A DNA stretch of 64,000 bases from an uncultured Chloroflexia bacterium (GCA_963713975.1 OY970218.1:928001-992000), one strand, 5' to 3'. Positions 30,861 to 41,614 are shown, counted from the first letter of the stretch. Numbers and translations are program-made. Notes: a model not told the origin generated them from the sequence alone.

Positions 30861-31919
30861 ATGCACGTCCTGATCGCACCCGACTCGTTCAAGGGCTCCC
30901 TGACCAGCGTCGAGGTGGCACGGGCGATCGCCGACGGCTGGCTGCGGGCGCGTCCACAGGACGAGGTCCATCTCTCGCCCCTCGCGGATGGCGGCGAGGG
31001 CACCCTGGTCGCGGTGGAGGCATCGGGTGGCTGGCGCCGGGTCGAGGCCACGGTGCACGACCCGCTGGGCCGGCCGATCAGCGCGACATGGCTGCTCAGC
31101 GACGACGGTGCCATGGCGTTCGTGGAGATGGCCGGGGCATCGGGGCTCTCCCGCCTCCGACCGGACGAGCTGGACCCGGTCGGGGCGGCGAGCTTTGGCA
31201 CGGGCGAGCTCATCGCCGAGGCCATCCGGGCCGGTGTTGGTCGCGTGATCCTGGGGATCGGAGGCAGCGCAACGACCGATGGCGGACGCGGGCTTCTCGA
31301 CGCCCTCGCAGGCACCCGACTCGACGGCGTCGATCTCGAGGTTGCCTGCGACGTCACCAACCCGCTCCTGGGCGCGACAGGCGCCGCCGCCGTCTACGGG
31401 CCGCAGAAGGGGGCCGACCCGGCGCAGGTCCGCCTCCTGGACGAGCGCAACGCCGCGTGGGCGGACGAACTGGAGGCGCGCGAGGGCCGGCGCGTGCGCG
31501 ACACGCCGGGTGCGGGCGCAGCGGGCGGCGTCGGCTTCGCGCTGCTGGCGACGCAGGGTGACTTCCACTCGTTCTCGCTCCGCCCAGGTATCGATCTCGT
31601 CATGGAGGCCTCGGGGTTCGACGCGGCGCTGACCTCCGCGGACCTCGTGATCACCGGCGAGGGCCGGATCGATCATCAGACCGCGTTTGGCAAGACCGCG
31701 ATGGGCGTGGCCCGGCGGGCCCTGGCCGCTGGCGTCGCCTGCGTGGCGGTCGGCGGCGGCGTGACTCCCGAGGGCATGGAGGCGCTGGCAGCGGCCGGCG
31801 CCGTGGCCGTCCCGGTGAGCGAGGGCCCAGGGACCGTGGAGGCCGCGATGTCCGGCGGGACGGCTCCGCTGGAACGCTGCGGGGAGCGGATCGCGAGGCT
31901 GGTCGGAATTGTCCCGTAG
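30861..31919 (+). CDS. Glycerate kinase (GlxK/GarK family)
   Basis: APDSFKGSL, PLADGGEGT, GIGGSATTDGG, YGPQKGA, TGEGRID.QT..GK. Confidence 0.93.
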   Translation: MHVLIAPDSFKGSLTSVEVARAIADGWLRARPQDEVHLSPLADGGEGTLVAVEASGGWRRVEATVHDPLGRPISATWLLSDDGAMAFVEMAGASGLSRLRPDELDPVGAASFGTGELIAEAIRAGVGRVILGIGGSATTDGGRGLLDALAGTRLDGVDLEVACDVTNPLLGATGAAAVYGPQKGADPAQVRLLDERNAAWADELEAREGRRVRDTPGAGAAGGVGFALLATQGDFHSFSLRPGIDLVMEASGFDAALTSADLVITGEGRIDHQTAFGKTAMGVARRALAAGVACVAVGGGVTPEGMEALAAAGAVAVPVSEGPGTVEAAMSGGTAPLERCGERIARLVGIVP

Positions 31920-31932
31920 GCCCCCGTGCGGC

Positions 31933-31961
31933 TTGACCTAGTCCACTGGTTAGTCCATCAT
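31933..31961 (+). promoter_or_regulatory. Leaderless TA promoter with direct-repeat operator candidate
   Basis: TTGACC-17bp-CATCAT, 6 nt before ATG 31968; TAGTCCA at 31939 and 31951. Confidence 0.6.
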
Positions 31962-31967
31962 CGGGCC

Positions 31968-32234
31968 ATGACCGACGCCTTCAACATCCACGACGCGAAG
32001 ACCCACTTCTCGCGGCTCGTGGATCGCGTGGAGAAGGGGGAGCGGATCACCATCGCGCGCGCCGGGCGGCCGGTTGCCATGCTGGTCGCCATTGAGCCCG
32101 AGACACGTCCGAAGCGGCCGATCGGGATCGACAAGGGAAGGATCGTCATCCACGACGACTTCGACGATCCGCTGCCCGAGTTCGACTTCGAAGCTGATGA
32201 CCCCGACGACCTCCACCGCCCGGGCAACCGGTGA
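31968..32234 (+). CDS. Phd/YefM-family antitoxin
   Basis: FNIHDAKTHFSRLVDRVEKGERITIARAGRPVAMLV; acidic C-terminus. Confidence 0.92.
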   Translation: MTDAFNIHDAKTHFSRLVDRVEKGERITIARAGRPVAMLVAIEPETRPKRPIGIDKGRIVIHDDFDDPLPEFDFEADDPDDLHRPGNR

Positions 32235-32617
32235 GGATCCTGCTCGACACCCACGCCCTGCTGTGGGCGGCAGAAGGTGACCCTCGGCTTTCCGAAGCCG
32301 CGGATGCCCTCATCTCGGACGCTGGCCAGGAGCTGCTCTTCAGCGCCGTCAGTGCGATGGAGATCTCCATGAAGCATGCAGCGCGACGGCTCGAGTTGCC
32401 GGACGATGCCAAGGCCTGGATCAGGACGCGCATCGTCGCCTTCGGCCTCGTTGAGCTGCCCGTGACTACGGCGCACGCCATCGAGGCGGCCCAGCTTCCG
32501 CAACACCACCGCGATCCTTGGGATCGGCTGCTCGTCGCCCAGGCCCGGATCGAGGGAGTGCCCATCCTCACGGCGAACGCGATGCTGCAGCGATATGAGG
32601 TAGCGACGATTTGGTGA
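32231..32617 (+). CDS. vapC: VapC-family PIN toxin
   Basis: ILLDTHALLW, SAVSAMEI, HRDPWDRLLVAQA; GTGA overlap with antitoxin. Confidence 0.92.
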   Translation: MRILLDTHALLWAAEGDPRLSEAADALISDAGQELLFSAVSAMEISMKHAARRLELPDDAKAWIRTRIVAFGLVELPVTTAHAIEAAQLPQHHRDPWDRLLVAQARIEGVPILTANAMLQRYEVATIW

Positions 32618-33465
32618 CGCCTCGCGCGAAGAAGCCACCCACATCGGCCAAGCGCGCCGGAAAGCCAGTCAAGCGCGGCCGCAAGCCGGTCGACCCGGTC
32701 AAGGCCTGGGTCTCGTACCTGCGCAGGTACCGGCCCGGCCTCCAGGGCTACGTGCTGGAGCAGCTAACGGCCACCTACGGGCCGCAGGTCTGGGAGTCCC
32801 GCCTGGATCCGACCAGCGAGCTGGTCCTCACGATCCTCACCCAGAACACGGCGGACGTGAACGCCGAGAAGGCGTACGAGGCGCTCCGCCGCGCCTACCC
32901 CAGCGACCACGAGCCGGAGGTGCACAAGCACGGCATCGGCTGGGGCGGCGAGGGCCTGTCGGTCGCGCCGCCGCCGGACTGGACAGCGGTCGAGAATGCA
33001 CCACTCCCCCAGCTCGTGGATGTCATCCGGCCCGGAGGCCTCGCTCCGCAGAAGGCGCCCCGGATCCAGGCGACGCTGCGCTACATCCGCGAGGAGCGCG
33101 GGGACTACTCCCTGGCGTTCCTGGGCGAGATGCCGGTCCTCGAGGCTCGTGACTGGCTGACTGCCATCGACGGCGTCGGCAGGAAGACGGCATCCATCGT
33201 GCTCGCGTTCTGCTTCGGCGCACCCGTCATGGCCGTAGACCGCCACGTGGAGCGGGTGTCGAAGCGCATCGGGCTCATCCCGGAGAAGGCATCGGCCGAC
33301 CAGGCCCACGACCTGTACCTGGGGATCCTCGAGCCCGACCAGATGTACGCCGCCCACGTGCTCCTGATCCACCACGGGCGGGCGATCTGCCACGCCCAGA
33401 ACCCGAAACACGACCTGTGCCCGGTGCGTGATCGCTGCCGGATGGTCGACCGGAGGGCGCCGTGA
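32614..33465 (+). CDS. nth: Endonuclease III (HhH-GPD) family DNA glycosylase
   Basis: LVLTILTQNT, IRPGGL..QKA.RI, GVGRKTA, VDRHV; Fe-S motif variant C-x6-H-x2-C-x5-C. Confidence 0.85.
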   Translation: MTPRAKKPPTSAKRAGKPVKRGRKPVDPVKAWVSYLRRYRPGLQGYVLEQLTATYGPQVWESRLDPTSELVLTILTQNTADVNAEKAYEALRRAYPSDHEPEVHKHGIGWGGEGLSVAPPPDWTAVENAPLPQLVDVIRPGGLAPQKAPRIQATLRYIREERGDYSLAFLGEMPVLEARDWLTAIDGVGRKTASIVLAFCFGAPVMAVDRHVERVSKRIGLIPEKASADQAHDLYLGILEPDQMYAAHVLLIHHGRAICHAQNPKHDLCPVRDRCRMVDRRAP

Positions 33466-34484
33466 TACCGACCGCACCGGCCGAGCGGCGCGTCCCGCTG
33501 ATCCTCGACGTCGACACCGGCATCGACGATGCCCTCGCGCTCCTCTACACGGTGGCGAGCCCCGAGGCCGACCTCGTCGCCGTCACCTGCCTGTCGGGCA
33601 ACGCCGCCGTCGTGGACGTCGAGCGCAACACGCGCGCGATCCTGGAGCTGGCCGGGCGAGCGGACGTGGAGGTTTCGGTCGGGCGGCCCGTCCCGCTCCT
33701 GCGGGGACTGAAGATCACCCCGGAGACGCATGGACCGCAGGGAGTCGGGTACGCGATGCTGCCCGAGCCCCTGCGAGCAGCCTCGGATCGGTTCGCGCCA
33801 TCGCTGATCGTGGAGGAGGCGCGGCGGCGTCCAGGCGAGATCACCCTCGTCACGCTGGGGCCGTTGACGAACCTCGCGATCGCGGTGCTCCAGGAGCCCG
33901 CCCTTCCCCGACTGTTGAAGCGGTGGGTCATGATGGGCGGCGCGTTCCGGGTGCAGGGCAACACGACGCCCACGACCGAGTGGAACATCCACTGCGACCC
34001 GGACGCTGCGCGGATCAGCTTCGCCGCGTGGCAGGCGGCCGTCGATGCGGATCCCACGACGCCACGCGCGCTGGCCCTGGGTCTCGACGTCACCGAGCAG
34101 GCGCGGATCCTGCCCGCGGATCTCGAGGCGCTGGCCGCCCGGGCTGGGGGCGACGGAGGACCGATCCTGCGGCTCATCGCGGACGCCCTGCGCTGGTACT
34201 TCGAGTTCCACGCCCGATACGACGGTTTCTACGGGGCATTCATCCACGACCCGCTGGTCGCGGCGGCCGCGCTCGACCCGGGCCTGGCTCGCACGGTGCC
34301 GGCCGCGGTCGACGTGGACGGGGCGGGTGGCGCGGCGGACGGACAGACGATCGCGGACTGGCGGGGGCTCTGGAACCGCACGCCGAACGTGGACGTGGCC
34401 GTGGAAGTCGACGCGAACGAGTTCCTGCGGCGGCTCGTGGAGCGCGTCGGCGCCCTGGCCGCGGCGCGATCCGGCGGGGTCTGA
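33462..34484 (+). CDS. Nucleoside hydrolase (IU-NH family)
   Basis: DVDTGIDDA, ETHG..G, LGPLTNLA, MGG, EWNI..DPDAA, GLDVT, IHDPL. Confidence 0.93.
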   Translation: MIPTAPAERRVPLILDVDTGIDDALALLYTVASPEADLVAVTCLSGNAAVVDVERNTRAILELAGRADVEVSVGRPVPLLRGLKITPETHGPQGVGYAMLPEPLRAASDRFAPSLIVEEARRRPGEITLVTLGPLTNLAIAVLQEPALPRLLKRWVMMGGAFRVQGNTTPTTEWNIHCDPDAARISFAAWQAAVDADPTTPRALALGLDVTEQARILPADLEALAARAGGDGGPILRLIADALRWYFEFHARYDGFYGAFIHDPLVAAAALDPGLARTVPAAVDVDGAGGAADGQTIADWRGLWNRTPNVDVAVEVDANEFLRRLVERVGALAAARSGGV

Positions 34485-34534
34485 GCAGGCCCTGAGCCGG
34501 TCCCGAGGCCGGGCCGGCCGCCACCTGACCGGGA

Positions 34535-35437
34535 CTACCTGCGATCCCGGACGACCAGGACCGAGCACGGGGCGTGTAGCAGCACGTTGCGAGCCACGCT
34601 CCCGAGGATCAGCCGCGCGAGCCCCGTGTGTCCACGCGAACCCATCACGATCGTCGCGATGTCGTTCTCCGCCACGAAGCGGAGGATCTCCCCCGCCGGG
34701 TCGCCTTCCAACGCATACGGCGTGGCATCATGGCCGGCGGCGGCCAGGCGGTGCGCCTCCGTCGAGGCCTCCTCGCGAACCTCCTCCCGAGCCGTGTCCA
34801 CGGACTTCGTGTAGGACTCGAGCACCTGGTCGTAGAGCCCCGGCGTGAAGCCGGCCGCAACCGGTACGGCCAAGTCGGCGACGGTCAGGACGGTGATCCT
34901 CTCGCCGCTGAAGATGCTCCAATCCGTGAACACGGACTCGGCGTTGCGCGCCGAGCTTGAACCATCGTCAGCGAATGCGATCGGGCCGAGCGTCGGGCGG
35001 CGGGCAACCAGCACCGGGCACGGGGCATGGTCCACCACCTCGGACGCCGTGCTGCCGAGGAGCATCGTTGCGATCGTCCCGTGGCCGCGGCTGCCGACCA
35101 CGACGAGGTCCACCTCGGCGGACTTGGCCTCATCGACGATCGCCGAGCCAGGACGGCCGTGGACCAGGAAGCCCTCGACCTTGATGCCCTCCCGCTGGAG
35201 GGCGAGCTCCGCCCCGGCGATCGCCTCGCGGAGCTTGCGGATGCTCGTCTCCTCCTCCGTCCCGCGGCCGACGCCGGCGTCACCGACGGCTGCCCACGAG
35301 TAGGCGAGGACATCGGCGTAGGGCTGATGGACTCCGATCACGCGGATGGTCGAGTCGGCCGGAAACGAGCAGCCGGCGACGAGTTCCACGGCACGGTGGC
35401 TGCAGTCCGAGCCATCGATGGCGAGCAGAATGCGCAT
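34535..35437 (-). CDS. Tandem universal stress protein
   Basis: ILLAIDGS; two GSRG...LLGS.A..V..APC.VLV motifs; GGAGG RBS. Confidence 0.93.
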   Translation of the reverse strand: MRILLAIDGSDCSHRAVELVAGCSFPADSTIRVIGVHQPYADVLAYSWAAVGDAGVGRGTEEETSIRKLREAIAGAELALQREGIKVEGFLVHGRPGSAIVDEAKSAEVDLVVVGSRGHGTIATMLLGSTASEVVDHAPCPVLVARRPTLGPIAFADDGSSSARNAESVFTDWSIFSGERITVLTVADLAVPVAAGFTPGLYDQVLESYTKSVDTAREEVREEASTEAHRLAAAGHDATPYALEGDPAGEILRFVAENDIATIVMGSRGHTGLARLILGSVARNVLLHAPCSVLVVRDRR

Positions 35438-35533
35438 CTGGCACCTCCGATCCTGCCCATCGTGGTCCATGCGGGCCGTCCAGAGGATCGGCCGAACGGC
35501 CCATTCCGCGATCCCTGCGGACGGTACCGGCCG

Positions 35534-36652
35534 CTATCGTGTCCCGAGCAGTCGCCGGACCTCGCGGGCGATCTCGAGGTCCTCACGGGCGGCGATCACC
35601 AGGGTCCGTGCCGCCGCCGTCGCGACACCGATCTCGCGGTCGTCCGGCCCATCGGCGGCATTCGCCTCGGGATCCAGGGCCACGCCGAGGAAGCCGAGAC
35701 CGTTCGTCGCCAGGGCCCGGACGGCCGGTGCCCGTTCCCCGACGCCGCCGGTGAACACCAGTAGGTCGAGACCACCCAGCGACGCGACCATGGCCGCGAT
35801 CGCGCCGCGGAGCCGGTGGATGTAGACCTCGAGCGCGAGCTTGACCTCGGGTCGGCCTGCAGCCGCCCCGGCGAGGATCTCGCGCATGTCCGAGGTCCCG
35901 GCCAGCCCAAGGAGCCCCGACCGCCGCTCAAGCGTCGCGGCCAGCTCCGCGGGCGGCATGCCCACGTGCTCCTCCAGCCAGAGCACGAGCCCTGGATCCA
36001 CGCTCCCGGAGCGAGTCGCCATGACCAGGCCCTCAAGAGGCGTGAACCCCATCGTCGTGTCGACCGAGCGCCCGCCGGCCACGGCGGCAAGCGACGCGCC
36101 CGCCCCCAGGTGGCAGGTGACGATCCGCAGCTCCTCCGCAGGCCCGCCGACGAACTCTGCGGCTCGCCTGGACGCGTACGCGTGGGACAGCCCGTGAAAT
36201 CCGTACCTGCGCAGGTTCCAGCGTTTCCGCCACTCGGGTGGGAGCGCGTACGTGTACGCGGCCGCGGGGAGCGTCGCGTGGAAGGCCGTGTCGAAGCAGG
36301 CGACCGACGGCACGTTGGGAAGGACGGCGGTCACGGCAGCAAGGGCAGCAAGCGACTTCGGCTGGTGCAGCGGGGCGAGGTCCGTGAGGGCCTCGAGGCG
36401 CCGAACGACCCCCGGATCGATCACCACGGGGCCCGTGAACACCGTCCCACCGTGGACGATCCGGTGCCCGACGGCATCCACGCGCCCGAGCCCGCGAATG
36501 GCGTCCTCGAGCTCACGGGCGTCCGTCACGCCCCGCGGTGCTGGGAGATCCGTACCGCCCTCGACCGTGTCGTCCGAGCCGAGCACCCGCAGCTTCAGGC
36601 TGGAGGAGCCGGCGTTGACGACGAGGAGCCGCGGCCCGGCCGATCTGTTCAC
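35534..36652 (-). CDS. ackA: Acetate kinase
   Basis: [61 protein letters not shown]; GTGA overlap with xfp. Confidence 0.95.
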   Translation of the reverse strand: MNRSAGPRLLVVNAGSSSLKLRVLGSDDTVEGGTDLPAPRGVTDARELEDAIRGLGRVDAVGHRIVHGGTVFTGPVVIDPGVVRRLEALTDLAPLHQPKSLAALAAVTAVLPNVPSVACFDTAFHATLPAAAYTYALPPEWRKRWNLRRYGFHGLSHAYASRRAAEFVGGPAEELRIVTCHLGAGASLAAVAGGRSVDTTMGFTPLEGLVMATRSGSVDPGLVLWLEEHVGMPPAELAATLERRSGLLGLAGTSDMREILAGAAAGRPEVKLALEVYIHRLRGAIAAMVASLGGLDLLVFTGGVGERAPAVRALATNGLGFLGVALDPEANAADGPDDREIGVATAAARTLVIAAREDLEIAREVRRLLGTR

Positions 36653-39039
36653 GCGGACCCGTACGGCCACGTCCAGCCCGCAATCTCGGCGGCGTCCTCG
36701 CCCTCGAGCCGCGTGTAGGCCCGGGCCTCGATCCGCTTGTCGACCATGAGCTGGCGGACGTGGCCCGCACGCGGGCCCAGGCCGGGCACGCGGTCGATCA
36801 CGTCGATCACGAGGTGGAACCGGTCCAGGTTGTTGAGCATGACCATGTCGAACGGCGTGGTCGTGGTCCCCTCCTCCTTGTAGCCGCGGACGTGCAGGTT
36901 CGCGTGGTTCGTCCGGCGGTAGGTGAGGCGGTGGATCAGCCACGGATAGCCGTGATAGGCGAACACGACCGGCTTGTCCGTCGTGAACAGGGCGTCGAAC
37001 TCGGCGCTCGAGAGCCCGTGCGGGTGCTCCTTCTCGTCCTGCAGGCGCATCAGGTCCACGACGTTGAGGAACCGGACCTTGAGCTCCGGCAGGTGCTGCC
37101 TGAGCAGGTCCACGGCCGCCAGTGCCTCGAGCGTCGGGATGTCCCCGGAGCAGCCGATCACGACGTCCGGCTCACCGCCCTGGTCGTTGCTGGCCCAGTC
37201 CCAGATCCCGATGCCGCGGGTGCAGTGGAGGATGGCCTGGTCCATCGAGAGCCAGTTGGGGCTGGGCTGCTTGCCGGCCACGATCACGTTGACGTAGTGG
37301 CGGCTGCGCAGGCAGTGGTCACCCACGGAGAGCAGCGTGTTGGCATCGGGCGGCAGGTAGACCCGGATCACGTCCGACTTCTTGTTCACGACATGGTCGA
37401 TGAAGCCCGGGTCCTGGTGGCTGAAGCCGTTGTGGTCCTGGCGCCAGACGAGCGAGGACAGGACGTAATTGAGCGACGCGATCGGCCGGCGCCACGGAAG
37501 ACCGCGAGTCACCTTCAGCCACTTCGCGTGCTGGTTGAACATCGAGTCGACGATGTGGATGAACGCCTCGTAGCAGTTGAACAGGCCGTGCCGGCCCGTG
37601 AGGAGGTAGCCCTCCAGCCAGCCCTGGCACTGGTGCTCGGAGAGAACCTCCATGACACGCCCGTCCCTGGCGAGATGGTCGTCCCCCTCGATGATCTCGG
37701 CCATCCAGGCGCGATCGGTCACGTCCAGCACGGCCCCCAGGCGGTTCGAGGCCGTCTCGTCCGGACCGAACATCCTGAAGTTCCGGTCGTTGCGGTCCAT
37801 CACGTCGCGCAGGTACGTCCCCAGGACGCGAGCCGCCTCCGACGTGGTCGCGCCCGGGCTCGGCACATCGACGGCGTAGTCGCGGAAGTCCGGGAGGACG
37901 AGGTCGCGGAGCAGCTCGCCGCCGTTGGCGATCGGGTTCGCGCTCATGCGCCGGTAGGCCTTCGGCGGCAGCGAGGCCAGCTCCGGGACCAGGGCGCCGC
38001 TCTCGTCGAACAGCTCCTCGGGGCGGTAGCTGCGCATCCACGCCTCGAGGATGGCGCGGTTGTCCGCGTTCTTGCGAACCTCACTGAACGGGACCTGGTG
38101 GGAGCGCCAGGTGCCCTCGACCTGCTTGCCGTCGATCGTCTTCGGCCCGGTCCAGCCCTTTGGCGTCCGGAGCACGATCATCGGCCACATGGGCCGCCCG
38201 GTGATGCCGCCCTCGCGGGCCGCCTTCTGGATCTTGCCGATCTCCTCGATCACGGCGTCCATCGTCGCCGCCATCTGCTGATGGACGTCGGCCGGATCGT
38301 CTCCCTCCACGAAGTAGGGCTTGTGGCCGTACCCTTCCATCAGGGCCGCCAGCTCGGCCTTGGGAATGCGGGCAAGGATCGTCGGGTTCGCGATCTTGTA
38401 GCCGTTCAAGTGCAGGATCGGCAGGACCGCACCATCCGTCACCGGGTTCAGGAACTTGTTGGAGTGCCAGCTGGTCGCGAGCGGGCCGGTCTCGGCCTCG
38501 CCGTCACCGACCACGGCACACACCAGCAGGTCAGGGTTGTCGAACGCCGCGCCGTAGGCATGGGAGAGCGCGTAGCCCAGCTCGCCGCCCTCGTGGATGG
38601 AGCCCGGCGTTTCCGGTGCGACGTGGCTTGGGATCCCGCCGGGAAACGAGAACTGGCGGAACAGCTTCCGGATGCCCTCCTCGTCGCGCGTGATGCTGGG
38701 GTAGACCTCGCTGTAGGTCCCCTCCAGGTAGGCATTCGCGACGATCGCCGGGCCGCCGTGTCCCGGGCCGATCACGTAGATCGCATCCAGGTCCCAATTC
38801 CGGATCACGCGGTTCATGTGCGCGTAGATCAGGTTCAGGCCGGGCGTGGTGCCCCAGTGGCCAAGGAGCCGGGGCTTGACGTGCTCAGGTGCCAGCGGCT
38901 CCCTGAGCAGCGGGTTGTCCAGGAGGTAGATCTGCCCGACGGACAGGTAGTTCGCGGCCCGCCAGTAGGCGTCGATCCCATCGAGCTCCTCGGGTGAGAG
39001 AGGGGTTCTGTTGCTTGAGGAGGAGGCGGGTGCGGTCAT
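36649..39039 (-). CDS. xfp: Xylulose-5-P/fructose-6-P phosphoketolase
   Basis: [43 protein letters not shown]. Confidence 0.97.
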   Translation of the reverse strand: MTAPASSSSNRTPLSPEELDGIDAYWRAANYLSVGQIYLLDNPLLREPLAPEHVKPRLLGHWGTTPGLNLIYAHMNRVIRNWDLDAIYVIGPGHGGPAIVANAYLEGTYSEVYPSITRDEEGIRKLFRQFSFPGGIPSHVAPETPGSIHEGGELGYALSHAYGAAFDNPDLLVCAVVGDGEAETGPLATSWHSNKFLNPVTDGAVLPILHLNGYKIANPTILARIPKAELAALMEGYGHKPYFVEGDDPADVHQQMAATMDAVIEEIGKIQKAAREGGITGRPMWPMIVLRTPKGWTGPKTIDGKQVEGTWRSHQVPFSEVRKNADNRAILEAWMRSYRPEELFDESGALVPELASLPPKAYRRMSANPIANGGELLRDLVLPDFRDYAVDVPSPGATTSEAARVLGTYLRDVMDRNDRNFRMFGPDETASNRLGAVLDVTDRAWMAEIIEGDDHLARDGRVMEVLSEHQCQGWLEGYLLTGRHGLFNCYEAFIHIVDSMFNQHAKWLKVTRGLPWRRPIASLNYVLSSLVWRQDHNGFSHQDPGFIDHVVNKKSDVIRVYLPPDANTLLSVGDHCLRSRHYVNVIVAGKQPSPNWLSMDQAILHCTRGIGIWDWASNDQGGEPDVVIGCSGDIPTLEALAAVDLLRQHLPELKVRFLNVVDLMRLQDEKEHPHGLSSAEFDALFTTDKPVVFAYHGYPWLIHRLTYRRTNHANLHVRGYKEEGTTTTPFDMVMLNNLDRFHLVIDVIDRVPGLGPRAGHVRQLMVDKRIEARAYTRLEGEDAAEIAGWTWPYGSA

Positions 39040-39142
39040 GGCGGGCTCCAGTTCTGGGGAGGTCCAGCCTAACTCGTACACGTTCGCGGACGATCTTAAT
39101 CAGGTTTCCGGGGCGTTACTCCGGTGCGGGCCGCACGCACGC

Positions 39143-39562
39143 TCAGCCCTCGCCGCGGATCGACACGACGAACAGCAGGAACGTGGTCTCGAGGATGTCC
39201 ACGCCCGCAATGACGAGCGCCACCACGAGCGGCAGCGGGTGGCCAAGCAGCCAGCCGGCGGCGGCGCACAGTGCAGCGACGGCAAGGAACACGTAGCGGA
39301 CGCCCCTGACCAGGCCCGTGAGGTCGTGACCGGTCATCTCCGCCGAGGGGACCTGGCGACCCGCCTCGAGCCGGCGCGCGGCCTGCACCATGCACCACAG
39401 GGCCGTGACAACGCCGATCCCGACCAGGGCCGCCCGCACCAGGACGGGCGGGTTCGCGATGGCGTCGAGGAGCTCGTTGCTCCAGCCGAGCAGCGTGCCA
39501 CCCACGAGCGCCAGCGCCCCGGCGGCCATCCAGGCGACACGTCCCCGGCCACCATCCATCAC
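39143..39562 (-). CDS. Small membrane protein (about 4 TM)
   Basis: Hydrophobic segments; start overlaps JAB-gene stop. Confidence 0.65.
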   Translation of the reverse strand: MMDGGRGRVAWMAAGALALVGGTLLGWSNELLDAIANPPVLVRAALVGIGVVTALWCMVQAARRLEAGRQVPSAEMTGHDLTGLVRGVRYVFLAVAALCAAAGWLLGHPLPLVVALVIAGVDILETTFLLFVVSIRGEG

Positions 39563-40023
39563 GCCACCTCCAGGGCGACCTCGCGGACGGCGCCACCGAC
39601 GATCCGCCACGCACGAAGCAGCGGTGCGCCGGTGACGGGATCTGCCTGTCCGGCTGCGAGCGAGACGAGCAGGTACAGGGCATCCGGGTACAGGGCCATC
39701 CCCACGTCCGTGGCGGACGGGACCGCGGGCGACCGGGGGTGCGAATGGACGATGCCCCAGATCACGTGACCCGCCTCGTCCGCCTCGATCGTCACCTGGT
39801 ACAGGTCGTCCGGGTGGACCGCATAGCGAACCGGCGAGGCGGCGGCGTTCCGGCACGCCTCATAGCGCAACGCAACGCCACCGTCGGCCGCGGGCGCCGT
39901 GCCCACGATCAGCCCGCACGCCTCGTTGGGCGACTCGGCCCGAGCCTGCGCCACGATGGCCCGCTCGAGCTCCGATGGGAGGGTTACGGGCCCCATGACC
40001 GGGATGACCGCGGCCCCGGTCAC
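39559..40023 (-). CDS. Mov34/MPN/JAB metallopeptidase (Mec-like)
   Basis: PNEACG...HSHP...PSATD JAMM motif. Confidence 0.92.
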   Translation of the reverse strand: MTGAAVIPVMGPVTLPSELERAIVAQARAESPNEACGLIVGTAPAADGGVALRYEACRNAAASPVRYAVHPDDLYQVTIEADEAGHVIWGIVHSHPRSPAVPSATDVGMALYPDALYLLVSLAAGQADPVTGAPLLRAWRIVGGAVREVALEVA

Positions 40024-41222
40024 CCGCGATGGCCGGGATCGGCTCCCAGCTTGAACACGCCATTGGGCATGGCCGGGATTGGAAGCGGATCGCCGACCTC
40101 GCGCGCGGCGCGTGCTTCGTCAGAGCAGACCGGACAGGCCGGGTCACGGCGCAGGCGCAGCTCGGTGAACTCGGTCTCGAGAGCGTCGAACAGCAGGAGC
40201 CGGCCGGCCAGCGTCTCGCCGATCCCGAGGAGGAGCTTGAGCACCTCGTTCGCCTGGAGCAGCCCCATGATCCCGGGTACGACGCCCAGGACGCCAGCCA
40301 CGGAGCAGCCGGGTGCCAGCTCGGGCGGCGGCGGCGTCGGGTACAGGCAGCGGTAGCAGGGCCCCTCGTACGGGATGAAGGTCGTGAGCTGGCCCTCGAA
40401 CCGGAAGACGGACGCGTGCACGACGGGGATGCCAGAGGCGACCGCCGCATCGTTGAGGAGGTACCTGGTCTCGAACGTGTCCGTCCCGTCCACGATCGCG
40501 TCGTAGCCCTCGACCAGTTGCGCAACGTTCGCCGCGACCAGCATCTCGTCATGCGGCACCACGGTCACGTCCGGGTTGAGCGCGGTGATGGTCCGGCGAG
40601 CCGACTCGACCTTCTTCTGGCCGACGCGGTCGCTGGCGTGGAGGACCTGGCGCTGGAGGTTCGAGAGGTCGACGACATCGAAGTCGACGATCCCGATGGT
40701 GCCGACGCCCGCCGCCGCCAGGTACAGCGCCGCCGGCGAGCCCAGCCCCCCCGCACCGACGATCAGGACCCGAGACTCGAGCAGCCGGGACTGGCCGGCC
40801 GAGCCCACCTCGGGGATCAGGAGATGGCGGCTGTAGCGCTGGCGCTGCGACTCGGTGAGACCGGGCGGCTGGATCCAGTCGAGGCCCTGGCCCCTCCAGG
40901 CATCGAAGCCCCCGTTCATCGACACCACGTCCGTGTACCCGAACCGCGCCAGGTCCTGGCCGGCGAACAGCGATCGGAAGCCCCCCGCGCAGTACAGGAT
41001 CACCGGGGTCGATCGGTCAGGGAGCAGCGTCTCGAGGTCCCGTTCGAGGTGGCTCCGGGGCACGTGCACGGCTCCGGGGATGTGCCCCAGGCTCCACTCT
41101 GCCGGTTCGCGGACGTCGACGATGGCGACCCCGCCACGCCGCCGGAGCGCGTCCACCTCGGCCGGTCCGACCTCGCGGATCTCGGCTCTCGCCCGGCGCA
41201 GGAGCTCCTCGTACGACGTCAG
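40020..41222 (-). CDS. moeB: Rhodanese-ThiF/MoeB fusion (sulfur-carrier adenylyltransferase/sulfurtransferase)
   Basis: IVDVRE..EW..GHIPGA, YCAGGFRS; RYSRH, GAGGLG, SNLQRQ, CYRC, CPVC; start inferred at CTG 41222. Confidence 0.88.
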   Translation of the reverse strand: MTSYEELLRRARAEIREVGPAEVDALRRRGGVAIVDVREPAEWSLGHIPGAVHVPRSHLERDLETLLPDRSTPVILYCAGGFRSLFAGQDLARFGYTDVVSMNGGFDAWRGQGLDWIQPPGLTESQRQRYSRHLLIPEVGSAGQSRLLESRVLIVGAGGLGSPAALYLAAAGVGTIGIVDFDVVDLSNLQRQVLHASDRVGQKKVESARRTITALNPDVTVVPHDEMLVAANVAQLVEGYDAIVDGTDTFETRYLLNDAAVASGIPVVHASVFRFEGQLTTFIPYEGPCYRCLYPTPPPPELAPGCSVAGVLGVVPGIMGLLQANEVLKLLLGIGETLAGRLLLFDALETEFTELRLRRDPACPVCSDEARAAREVGDPLPIPAMPNGVFKLGADPGHRG

Positions 41223-41614
41223 CCGACGTCCTTCTCGAGCGGCTTCACCCCCACCTCGTCGAGCAGGTGCTGGAGGGATTCGAAGGAGAGCATGGCGCAC
41301 TTGAGGCGGGCCGGGCTGATCTCGATCCCGAGCAGGTCGAGCTGGTCGGTCGCGGTATAGGCCGCGGCGTCCGCGACGACCTTGCCCTTGATCTCGTCGG
41401 TGAGCAGCGAGGCCGCCGCCTGGCTGATCGCGCAGCCGCGACCCGTGAAGCCGATCTCGGTCACGACCCCGTCCTTCACGGTCAGCTGCATCGTGATCCG
41501 GTCGCCGCACAGCGGGTTGGCACCCTCGAAGCTGGCGCTCGGCTCCTCCAGGACCCCAAAGTTGTGGGGGCGCCGGTAGTGCTCGAGGATGTAGTCGCGG
41601 TAGAGGTCGTCCAT
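41219..41614 (-). CDS. sufU: SufU/NifU-N Fe-S assembly protein
   Basis: DLYRDYILEHYRRPHNFG, NPLCGD, GCAISQA, RLKCA. Confidence 0.92.
   Translation of the reverse strand: MDDLYRDYILEHYRRPHNFGVLEEPSASFEGANPLCGDRITMQLTVKDGVVTEIGFTGRGCAISQAAASLLTDEIKGKVVADAAAYTATDQLDLLGIEISPARLKCAMLSFESLQHLLDEVGVKPLEKDVG

Noticed and set aside
31926-32617. TA pair as marker of a mobile element
   Set aside because: No integrase, transposase or flanking direct repeats seen; the toxin stop overlaps the nth start.
40020-41510. MoeB start at 41510 or a SufU-MoeB fusion
   Set aside because: It would overlap most of sufU in another frame with non-homologous sequence; sufU has its own stop at 41219-21.
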